From: Nemertoderma westbladi
Taxonomy: Eukaryota; Animalia; Xenacoelomorpha
Assembly: GCA_032718475.1 (NCBI GenBank)
Contig: JAUCBJ010005265.1
Location: 1-37,315 of the forward strand
Reading direction: 5' to 3'
DNA length: 37,315 nt
Notes under the pieces: generated by a model
Database searches by the model: none
What the model was told of the DNA's origin: nothing
Seen by the model: the letters and a program-made list of their open reading frames with translations, nothing else
Part shown: positions 23,530 through 35,500 of the stretch, one piece after another
Numbering within the stretch: position 1 is the stretch's first letter
Layout: every line of letters begins with the position of its first letter
Made by a program: the position numbers and the translations under genes

Positions 23530-26500
23530 TAAGTTCTGTTCTACTTGCAGTTAATTACAGGTGAGTTGTAAAGTTATAAGTTCTACTTGCAGTTAATTAC
23601 AGGTGAGTTGTAAAGTTATAAGTTCTACTTGCAGTTAATTACAGGTGAGTTGTAAAGTTATAAGTTCTACTTGCAGTTAATTACAGGTGAGTTGTAAAGT
23701 TATAAGTTCTACTTGCAGTTAATTACAGGTGAGTTGTAAAGTTATAAGTTCTACTTGCAGTTAATTACAGGTGAGTTGTAAAGTTATAAGTTCTACTTGC
23801 AGTTAATTACAGGTGAGTTGTAAAGTTATAAGTTCTACTTGCAGTTAATTACAGGTGAGTTGTAAAGTTATAAGTTCTACTTGCAGTTAATTACAGGTGA
23901 GTTGTAAAGTTATAAGTTCTACTTGCAGTTAATTACAGGTGAGTTGTAAAGTTATAAGTTCTACTTGCAGTTAATTACAGGTGAGTTGTAAAGTTATAAG
24001 TTCTACTTGCAGTTAATTACAGGTGAGTTGTAAAGTTATAAGTTCTACTTGCAGTTAATTACAGGTGAGTTGTAAAGTTATAAGTTCTACTTGCAGTTAA
24101 TTACAGGTGAGTTGTAAAGTTATAAGTTCTACTTGCAGTTAATTACAGGTGAGTTGTAAAGTTATAAGTTCTACTTGCAGTTAATTACAGGTGAGTTGTA
24201 AAGTTATAAGTTCTACTTGCAGTTAATTACAGGTGAGTTGTAAAGTTATAAGTTCTACTTGCAGTTAATTACAGGTGAGTTGTAAAGTTATAAGTTCTAC
24301 TTGCAGTTAATTACAGGTGAGTTGTAAAGTTATAAGTTCTGTTCTACTTGCAGTTAATTACAGGTGAGTTGTAAAGTTATAAGTTCTACTTGCAGTTAAT
24401 TACAGGTGAGTTGTAAAGTTATAAGTTCTACTTGCAGTTAATTACAGGTGAGTTGTAAAGTTATAAGTTCTACTTGCAGTTAATTACAGGTGAGTTGTAA
24501 AGTTATAAGTTCTACTTGCAGTTAATTACAGGTGAGTTGTAAAGTTATAAGTTCTACTTGCAGTTAATTACAGGTGAGTTGTAAAGTTATAAGTTCTACT
24601 TGCAGTTAATTACAGGTGAGTTGTAAAGTTATAAGTTCTACTTGCAGTTAATTACAGGTGAGTTGTAAAGTTATAAGTTCTACTTGCAGTTAATTACAGG
24701 TGAGTTGTAAAGTTATAAGTTCTACTTGCAGTTAATTACAGGTGAGTTGTAAAGTTATAAGTTCTACTTGCAGTTAATTACAGGTGAGTTGTAAAGTTAT
24801 AAGTTCTACTTGCAGTTAATTACAGGTGAGTTGTAAAGTTATAAGTTCTACTTGCAGTTAATTACAGGTGAGTTGTAAAGTTATAAGTTCTACTTGCAGT
24901 TAATTACAGGTGAGTTGTAAAGTTATAAGTTCTACTTGCAGTTAATTACAGGTGAGTTGTAAAGTTATAAGTTCTACTTGCAGTTAATTACAGGTGAGTT
25001 GTAAAGTTATAAGTTCTACTTGCAGTTAATTACAGGTGAGTTGTAAAGTTATAAGTTCTGTTCTACTTGCAGTTAATTACAGGTGAGTTGTAAAGTTATA
25101 AGTTCTACTTGCAGTTAATTACAGGTGAGTTGTAAAGTTATAAGTTCTACTTGCAGTTAATTACAGGTGAGTTGTAAAGTTATAAGTTCTACTTGCAGTT
25201 AATTACAGGTGAGTTGTAAAGTTATAAGTTCTACTTGCAGTTAATTACAGGTGAGTTGTAAAGTTATAAGTTCTACTTGCAGTTAATTACAGGTGAGTTG
25301 TAAAGTTATAAGTTCTACTTGCAGTTAATTACAGGTGAGTTGTAAAGTTATAAGTTCTACTTGCAGTTAATTACAGGTGAGTTGTAAAGTTATAAGTTCT
25401 ACTTGCAGTTAATTACAGGTGAGTTGTAAAGTTATAAGTTCTACTTGCAGTTAATTACAGGTGAGTTGTAAAGTTATAAGTTCTACTTGCAGTTAATTAC
25501 AGGTGAGTTGTAAAGTTATAAGTTCTACTTGCAGTTAATTACAGGTGAGTTGTAAAGTTATAAGTTCTGTCTACTTGCAGTTAATTACAGGTGAGTTGTA
25601 AAGTTATAAGTTCTACTTGCAGTTAATTACAGGTGAGTTGTAAAGTTATAAGTTCTACTTGCAGTTAATTACAGGTGAGTTGTAAAGTTATAAGTTCTAC
25701 TTGCAGTTAATTACAGGTGAGTTGTAAAGTTATAAGTTCTACTTGCAGTTAATTACAGGTGAGTTGTAAAGTTATAAGTTCTACTTGCAGTTAATTACAG
25801 GTGAGTTGTAAAGTTATAAGTTCTACTTGCAGTTAATTACAGGTGAGTTGTAAAGTTATAAGTTCTACTTGCAGTTAATTACAGGTGAGTTGTAAAGTTA
25901 TAAGTTCTACTTGCAGTTAATTACAGGTGAGTTGTAAAGTTATAAGTTCTACTTGCAGTTAATTACAGGTGAGTTGTAAAGTTATAAGTTCTACTTGCAG
26001 TTAATTACAGGTGAGTTGTAAAGTTATAAGTTCTGTTCTACTTGCAGTTAATTACAGGTGAGTTGTAAAGTTATAAGTTCTACTTGCAGTTAATTACAGG
26101 TGAGTTGTAAAGTTATAAGTTCTACTTGCAGTTAATTACAGGTGAGTTGTAAAGTTATAAGTTCTACTTGCAGTTAATTACAGGTGAGTTGTAAAGTTAT
26201 AAGTTCTACTTGCAGTTAATTACAGGTGAGTTGTAAAGTTATAAGTTCTACTTGCAGTTAATTACAGGTGAGTTGTAAAGTTATAAGTTCTACTTGCAGT
26301 TAATTACAGGTGAGTTGTAAAGTTATAAGTTCTACTTGCAGTTAATTACAGGTGAGTTGTAAAGTTATAAGTTCTACTTGCAGTTAATTACAGGTGAGTT
26401 GTAAAGTTATAAGTTCTACTTGCAGTTAATTACAGGTGAGTTGTAAAGTTATAAGTTCTACTTGCAGTTAATTACAGGTGAGTTGTAAAGTTATAAGTTC

Positions 26501-29500
26501 TACTTGCAGTTAATTACAGGTGAGTTGTAAAGTTATAAGTTCTACTTGCAGTTAATTACAGGTGAGTTGTAAAGTTATAAGTTCTACTTGCAGTTAATTA
26601 CAGGTGAGTTGTAAAGTTATAAGTTCTACTTGCAGTTAATTACAGGTGAGTTGTAAAGTTATAAGTTCTGTTCTACTTGCAGTTAATTACAGGTGAGTTG
26701 TAAAGTTATAAGTTCTACTTGCAGTTAATTACAGGTGAGTTGTAAAGTTATAAGTTCTACTTGCAGTTAATTACAGGTGAGTTGTAAAGTTATAAGTTCT
26801 ACTTGCAGTTAATTACAGGTGAGTTGTAAAGTTATAAGTTCTACTTGCAGTTAATTACAGGTGAGTTGTAAAGTTATAAGTTCTACTTGCAGTTAATTAC
26901 AGGTGAGTTGTAAAGTTATAAGTTCTACTTGCAGTTAATTACAGGTGAGTTGTAAAGTTATAAGTTCTGTTCTACTTGCAGTTAATTACAGGTGAGTTGT
27001 AAAGTTATAAGTTCTACTTGCAGTTAATTACAGGTGAGTTGTAAAGTTATAAGTTCTACTTGCAGTTAATTACAGGTGAGTTGTAAAGTTATAAGTTCTG
27101 TTCTACTTGCAGTTAATTACAGGTGAGTTGTAAAGTTATAAGTTCTACTTGCAGTTAATTACAGGTGAGTTGTAAAGTTATAAGTTCTGTTCTACTTGCA
27201 GTTAATTACAGGTGAGTTGTAAAGTTATAAGTTCTACTTGCAGTTAATTACAGGTGAGTTGTAAAGTTATAAGTTCTGTTCTACTTGCAGTTAATTACAG
27301 GTGAGTTGTAAAGTTATAAGTTCTACTTGCAGTTAATTACAGGTGAGTTGTAAAGTTATAAGTTCTACTTGCAGTTAATTACAGGTGAGTTGTAAAGTTA
27401 TAAGTTCTACTTGCAGTTAATTACAGGTGAGTTGTAAAGTTATAAGTTCTACTTGCAGTTAATTACAGGTGAGTTGTAAAGTTATAAGTTCTACTTGCAG
27501 TTAATTACAGGTGAGTTGTAAAGTTATAAGTTCTACTTGCAGTTAATTACAGGTGAGTTGTAAAGTTATAAGTTCTACTTGCAGTTAATTACAGGTGAGT
27601 TGTAAAGTTATAAGTTCTGTTCTACTTGCAGTTAATTACAGGTGAGTTGTAAAGTTATAAGTTCTACTTGCAGTTAATTACAGGTGAGTTGTAAAGTTAT
27701 AAGTTCTACTTGCAGTTAATTACAGGTGAGTTGTAAAGTTATAAGTTCTACTTGCAGTTAATTACAGGTGAGTTGTAAAGTTATAAGTTCTACTTGCAGT
27801 TAATTACAGGTGAGTTGTAAAGTTATAAGTTCTACTTGCAGTTAATTACAGGTGAGTTGTAAAGTTATAAGTTCTACTTGCAGTTAATTACAGGTGAGTT
27901 GTAAAGTTATAAGTTCTACTTGCAGTTAATTACAGGTGAGTTGTAAAGTTATAAGTTCTGTTCTACTTGCAGTTAATTACAGGTGAGTTGTAAAGTTATA
28001 AGTTCTACTTGCAGTTAATTACAGGTGAGTTGTAAAGTTATAAGTTCTACTTGCAGTTAATTACAGGTGAGTTGTAAAGTTATAAGTTCTGTTCTACTTG
28101 CAGTTAATTACAGGTGAGTTGTAAAGTTATAAGTTCTACTTGCAGTTAATTACAGGTGAGTTGTAAAGTTATAAGTTCTGTTCTACTTGCAGTTAATTAC
28201 AGGTGAGTTGTAAAGTTATAAGTTCTACTTGCAGTTAATTACAGGTGAGTTGTAAAGTTATAAGTTCTACTTGCAGTTAATTACAGGTGAGTTGTAAAGT
28301 TATAAGTTCTGTTCTACTTGCAGTTAATTACAGGTGAGTTGTAAAGTTATAAGTTCTACTTGCAGTTAATTACAGGTGAGTTGTAAAGTTATAAGTTCTG
28401 TTCTACTTGCAGTTAATTACAGGTGAGTTGTAAAGTTATAAGTTCTACTTGCAGTTAATTACAGGTGAGTTGTAAAGTTATAAGTTCTACTTGCAGTTAA
28501 TTACAGGTGAGTTGTAAAGTTATAAGTTCTGTTCTACTTGCAGTTAATTACAGGTGAGTTGTAAAGTTATAAGTCTGTCTACTTGCAGTTAATTACAGGT
28601 GAGTTGTAAAGTTATAAGTTCTACTTGCAGTTAATTACAGGTGAGTTGTAAAGTTATAAGTTCTACTTGCAGTTAATTACAGGTGAGTTGTAAAGTTATA
28701 AGTTCTGTTCTACTTGCAGTTAATTACAGGTGAGTTGTAAAGTTATAAGTTCTACTTGCAGTTAATTACAGGTGAGTTGTAAAGTTATAAGTTCTACTTG
28801 CAGTTAATTACAGGTGAGTTGTAAAGTTATAAGTCTGTTCTACTTGCAGTTAATTACAGGTGAGTTGTAAAGTTATAAGTTCTGTCTACTTGCAGTTAAT
28901 TACAGGTGAGTTGTAAAGTTATAAGTTCTACTTGCAGTTAATTACAGGTGAGTTGTAAAGTTATAAGTTCAACTTGCAGTTAATTACAGGTGAGTTGTAA
29001 AGTTATAAGTTTCTACTTGCAGTTAATTACAGGTGAGTTGTAAAGTTATAAGTTCTGTTCTACTTGCAGTTAATTACAGGTGAGTTGTAAAGTTATAAGT
29101 TCAACTTGCAGTTAATTACAGGTGAGTTGTAAAGTTATAAGTTCTGTTCTACTTGCAGTTAATTACAGGTGAGTTGTAAAGTTATAAGTTCTACTTGCAG
29201 TTAATTACAGGTGAGTTGTAAAGTTATAAGTTCTACTTGCAGTTAATTACAGGTGAGTTGTAAAGTTATAAGTTCTGTTCTACTTGCAGTTAATTACAGG
29301 TGAGTTGTAAAGTTATAAGTTCTACTTGCAGTTAATTACAGGTGAGTTGTAAAGTTATAAGTTCTGTTCTACTTGCAGTTAATTACAGGTGAGTTGTAAA
29401 GTTATAAGTTCAACTTGCAGTTAATTACAGGTGAGTTGTAAAGTTATAAGTTCTACTTGCAGTTAATTACAGGTGAGTTGTAAAGTTATAAGTTCTGTTC

Positions 29501-32500
29501 TACTTGCAGTTAATTACAGGTGAGTTGTAAAGTTATAAGTTCTACTTGCAGTTAATTACAGGTGAGTTGTAAAGTTATAAGTTCTACTTGCAGTTAATTA
29601 CAGGTGAGTTGTAAAGTTATAAGTTCTACTTGCAGTTAATTACAGGTGAGTTGTAAAGTTATAAGTTCTACTTGCAGTTAATTACAGGTGAGTTGTAAAG
29701 TTATAAGTTCTACTTGCAGTTAATTACAGGTGAGTTGTAAAGTTATAAGTTCTGTTCTACTTGCAGTTAATTACAGGTGAGTTGTAAAGTTATAAGTTCT
29801 ACTTGCAGTTAATTACAGGTGAGTTGTAAAGTTATAAGTTCTACTTGCAGTTAATTACAGGTGAGTTGTAAAGTTATAAGTTCTACTTGCAGTTAATTAC
29901 AGGTGAGTTGTAAAGTTATAAGTTCTACTTGCAGTTAATTACAGGTGAGTTGTAAAGTTATAAGTTCTGTTCTACTTGCAGTTAATTACAGGTGAGTTGT
30001 AAAGTTATAAGTTCTACTTGCAGTTAATTACAGGTGAGTTGTAAAGTTATAAGTTCTGTTCTACTTGCAGTTAATTACAGGTGAGTTGTAAAGTTATAAG
30101 TTCTACTTGCAGTTAATTACAGGTGAGTTGTAAAGTTATAAGTTCTACTTGCAGTTAATTACAGGTGAGTTGTAAAGTTATAAGTTCGTCTACTTGCAGT
30201 TAATTACAGGTGAGTTGTAAAGTTATAAGTTCTACTTGCAGTTAATTACAGGTGAGTTGTAAAGTTATAAGTTCTGTTCTACTTGCAGTTAATTACAGGT
30301 GAGTTGTAAAGTTATAAGTTCTACTTGCAGTTAATTACAGGTGAGTTGTAAAGTTATAAGTTCTACTTGCAGTTAATTACAGGTGAGTTGTAAAGTTATA
30401 AGTTCTGTTCTACTTGCAGTTAATTACAGGTGAGTTGTAAAGTTATAAGTTCTACTTGCAGTTAATTACAGGTGAGTTGTAAAGTTATAAGTTCTACTTG
30501 CAGTTAATTACAGGTGAGTTGTAAAGTTATAAGTTCTACTTGCAGTTAATTACAGGTGAGTTGTAAAGTTATAAGTTCTACTTGCAGTTAATTACAGGTG
30601 AGTTGTAAAGTTATAAGTTCTGTTCTACTTGCAGTTAATTACAGGTGAGTTGTAAAGTTATAAGTTCTACTTGCAGTTAATTACAGGTGAGTTGTAAAGT
30701 TATAAGTTCTACTTGCAGTTAATTACAGGTGAGTTGTAAAGTTATAAGTCTTCTACTTGCAGTTAATTACAGGTGAGTTGTAAAGTTATAAGTTCTACTT
30801 GCAGTTAATTACAGGTGAGTTGTAAAGTTATAAGTTCTACTTGCAGTTAATTACAGGTGAGTTGTAAAGTTATAAGTTCTACTTGCAGTTAATTACAGGT
30901 GAGTTGTAAAGTTATAAGTTCTACTTGCAGTTAATTACAGGTGAGTTGTAAAGTTATAAGTTCTACTTGCAGTTAATTACAGGTGAGTTGTAAAGTTATA
31001 AGTTCTACTTGCAGTTAATTACAGGTGAGTTGTAAAGTTATAAGTTCTGTTCTACTTGCAGTTAATTACAGGTGAGTTGTAAAGTTATAAGTTCTACTTG
31101 CAGTTAATTACAGGTGAGTTGTAAAGTTATAAGTTCTACTTGCAGTTAATTACAGGTGAGTTGTAAAGTTATAAGTTCTACTTGCAGTTAATTACAGGTG
31201 AGTTGTAAAGTTATAAGTTCTACTTGCAGTTAATTACAGGTGAGTTGTAAAGTTATAAGTTCTACTTGCAGTTAATTACAGGTGAGTTGTAAAGTTATAA
31301 GTTCTACTTGCAGTTAATTACAGGTGAGTTGTAAAGTTATAAGTTCTACTTGCAGTTAATTACAGGTGAGTTGTAAAGTTATAAGTTCTACTTGCAGTTA
31401 ATTACAGGTGAGTTGTAAAGTTATAAGTTCTACTTGCAGTTAATTACAGGTGAGTTGTAAAGTTATAAGTTCTACTTGCAGTTAATTACAGGTGAGTTGT
31501 AAAGTTATAAGTTCTACTTGCAGTTAATTACAGGTGAGTTGTAAAGTTATAAGTTCTACTTGCAGTTAATTACAGGTGAGTTGTAAAGTTATAAGTTCTA
31601 CTTGCAGTTAATTACAGGTGAGTTGTAAAGTTATAAGTTCTACTTGCAGTTAATTACAGGTGAGTTGTAAAGTTATAAGTTCTGTTCTACTTGCAGTTAA
31701 TTACAGGTGAGTTGTAAAGTTATAAGTTCTACTTGCAGTTAATTACAGGTGAGTTGTAAAGTTATAAGTTCTACTTGCAGTTAATTACAGGTGAGTTGTA
31801 AAGTTATAAGTTCTACTTGCAGTTAATTACAGGTGAGTTGTAAAGTTATAAGTTCTACTTGCAGTTAATTACAGGTGAGTTGTAAAGTTATAAGTTCTGT
31901 TCTACTTGCAGTTAATTACAGGTGAGTTGTAAAGTTATAAGTTCTACTTGCAGTTAATTACAGGTGAGTTGTAAAGTTATAAGTTCTACTTGCAGTTAAT
32001 TACAGGTGAGTTGTAAAGTTATAAGTTCTACTTGCAGTTAATTACAGGTGAGTTGTAAAGTTATAAGTTCTACTTGCAGTTAATTACAGGTGAGTTGTAA
32101 AGTTATAAGTTCTACTTGCAGTTAATTACAGGTGAGTTGTAAAGTTATAAGTTCTACTTGCAGTTAATTACAGGTGAGTTGTAAAGTTATAAGTTCTACT
32201 TGCAGTTAATTACAGGTGAGTTGTAAAGTTATAAGTTCTACTTGCAGTTAATTACAGGTGAGTTGTAAAGTTATAAGTTCTACTTGCAGTTAATTACAGG
32301 TGAGTTGTAAAGTTATAAGTTCTACTTGCAGTTAATTACAGGTGAGTTGTAAAGTTATAAGTTCTACTTGCAGTTAATTACAGGTGAGTTGTAAAGTTAT
32401 AAGTTCTACTTGCAGTTAATTACAGGTGAGTTGTAAAGTTATAAGTTCTACTTGCAGTTAATTACAGGTGAGTTGTAAAGTTATAAGTTCTACTTGCAGT

Positions 32501-35500
32501 TAATTACAGGTGAGTTGTAAAGTTATAAGTTCTACTTGCAGTTAATTACAGGTGAGTTGTAAAGTTATAAGTTCTACTTGCAGTTAATTACAGGTGAGTT
32601 GTAAAGTTATAAGTTCTACTTGCAGTTAATTACAGGTGAGTTGTAAAGTTATAAGTTCTACTTGCAGTTAATTACAGGTGAGTTGTAAAGTTATAAGTTC
32701 TACTTGCAGTTAATTACAGGTGAGTTGTAAAGTTATAAGTTCTACTTGCAGTTAATTACAGGTGAGTTGTAAAGTTATAAGTTCTACTTGCAGTTAATTA
32801 CAGGTGAGTTGTAAAGTTATAAGTTCTACTTGCAGTTAATTACAGGTGAGTTGTAAAGTTATAAGTTCTACTTGCAGTTAATTACAGGTGAGTTGTAAAG
32901 TTATAAGTTCTACTTGCAGTTAATTACAGGTGAGTTGTAAAGTTATAAGTTCTACTTGCAGTTAATTACAGGTGAGTTGTAAAGTTATAAGTTCTGTCTA
33001 CTTGCAGTTAATTACAGGTGAGTTGTAAAGTTATAAGTTCTACTTGCAGTTAATTACAGGTGAGTTGTAAAGTTATAAGTTCTACTTGCAGTTAATTACA
33101 GGTGAGTTGTAAAGTTATAAGTTCTACTTGCAGTTAATTACAGGTGAGTTGTAAAGTTATAAGTTCTACTTGCAGTTAATTACAGGTGAGTTGTAAAGTT
33201 ATAAGTTCTACTTGCAGTTAATTACAGGTGAGTTGTAAAGTTATAAGTTCTACTTGCAGTTAATTACAGGTGAGTTGTAAAGTTATAAGTTCTACTTGCA
33301 GTTAATTACAGGTGAGTTGTAAAGTTATAAGTTCTACTTGCAGTTAATTACAGGTGAGTTGTAAAGTTATAAGTTCTACTTGCAGTTAATTACAGGTGAG
33401 TTGTAAAGTTATAAGTTCTACTTGCAGTTAATTACAGGTGAGTTGTAAAGTTATAAGTTCTACTTGCAGTTAATTACAGGTGAGTTGTAAAGTTATAAGT
33501 TCTACTTGCAGTTAATTACAGGTGAGTTGTAAAGTTATAAGTTCTACTTGCAGTTAATTACAGGTGAGTTGTAAAGTTATAAGTTCTACTTGCAGTTAAT
33601 TACAGGTGAGTTGTAAAGTTATAAGTTCTACTTGCAGTTAATTACAGGTGAGTTGTAAAGTTATAAGTTCTACTTGCAGTTAATTACAGGTGAGTTGTAA
33701 AGTTATAAGTTCTACTTGCAGTTAATTACAGGTGAGTTGTAAAGTTATAAGTTCTACTTGCAGTTAATTACAGGTGAGTTGTAAAGTTATAAGTTCTACT
33801 TGCAGTTAATTACAGGTGAGTTGTAAAGTTATAAGTTCTACTTGCAGTTAATTACAGGTGAGTTGTAAAGTTATAAGTTCTACTTGCAGTTAATTACAGG
33901 TGAGTTGTAAAGTTATAAGTTCTACTTGCAGTTAATTACAGGTGAGTTGTAAAGTTATAAGTTCTACTTGCAGTTAATTACAGGTGAGTTGTAAAGTTAT
34001 AAGTTCTACTTGCAGTTAATTACAGGTGAGTTGTAAAGTTATAAGTTCTACTTGCAGTTAATTACAGGTGAGTTGTAAAGTTATAAGTTCTACTTGCAGT
34101 TAATTACAGGTGAGTTGTAAAGTTATAAGTTCTACTTGCAGTTAATTACAGGTGAGTTGTAAAGTTATAAGTTCTACTTGCAGTTAATTACAGGTGAGTT
34201 GTAAAGTTATAAGTTCTACTTGCAGTTAATTACAGGTGAGTTGTAAAGTTATAAGTTCTACTTGCAGTTAATTACAGGTGAGTTGTAAAGTTATAAGTTC
34301 TACTTGCAGTTAATTACAGGTGAGTTGTAAAGTTATAAGTTCTACTTGCAGTTAATTACAGGTGAGTTGTAAAGTTATAAGTTCTACTTGCAGTTAATTA
34401 CAGGTGAGTTGTAAAGTTATAAGTTCTACTTGCAGTTAATTACAGGTGAGTTGTAAAGTTATAAGTTCTACTTGCAGTTAATTACAGGTGAGTTGTAAAG
34501 TTATAAGTTCTACTTGCAGTTAATTACAGGTGAGTTGTAAAGTTATAAGTTCTACTTGCAGTTAATTACAGGTGAGTTGTAAAGTTATAAGTTCTACTTG
34601 CAGTTAATTACAGGTGAGTTGTAAAGTTATAAGTTCTACTTGCAGTTAATTACAGGTGAGTTGTAAAGTTATAAGTTCTACTTGCAGTTAATTACAGGTG
34701 AGTTGTAAAGTTATAAGTTCTACTTGCAGTTAATTACAGGTGAGTTGTAAAGTTATAAGTTCTACTTGCAGTTAATTACAGGTGAGTTGTAAAGTTATAA
34801 GTTCTACTTGCAGTTAATTACAGGTGAGTTGTAAAGTTATAAGTTCTACTTGCAGTTAATTACAGGTGAGTTGTAAAGTTATAAGTTCTACTTGCAGTTA
34901 ATTACAGGTGAGTTGTAAAGTTATAAGTTCTACTTGCAGTTAATTACAGGTGAGTTGTAAAGTTATAAGTTCTACTTGCAGTTAATTACAGGTGAGTTGT
35001 AAAGTTATAAGTTCTACTTGCAGTTAATTACAGGTGAGTTGTAAAGTTATAAGTTCTACTTGCAGTTAATTACAGGTGAGTTGTAAAGTTATAAGTTCTA
35101 CTTGCAGTTAATTACAGGTGAGTTGTAAAGTTATAAGTTCTACTTGCAGTTAATTACAGGTGAGTTGTAAAGTTATAAGTTCTACTTGCAGTTAATTACA
35201 GGTGAGTTGTAAAGTTATAAGTTCTACTTGCAGTTAATTACAGGTGAGTTGTAAAGTTATAAGTTCTACTTGCAGTTAATTACAGGTGAGTTGTAAAGTT
35301 ATAAGTTCTGTCTACTTGCAGTTAATTACAGGTGAGTTGTAAAGTTATAAGTTCTACTTGCAGTTAATTACAGGTGAGTTGTAAAGTTATAAGTTCTACT
35401 TGCAGTTAATTACAGGTGAGTTGTAAAGTTATAAGTTCTACTTTCAGTTAATTACAGGTGAGTTGTAAAGTTATAAGTTCTACTTGCAGTTAATTACAGG

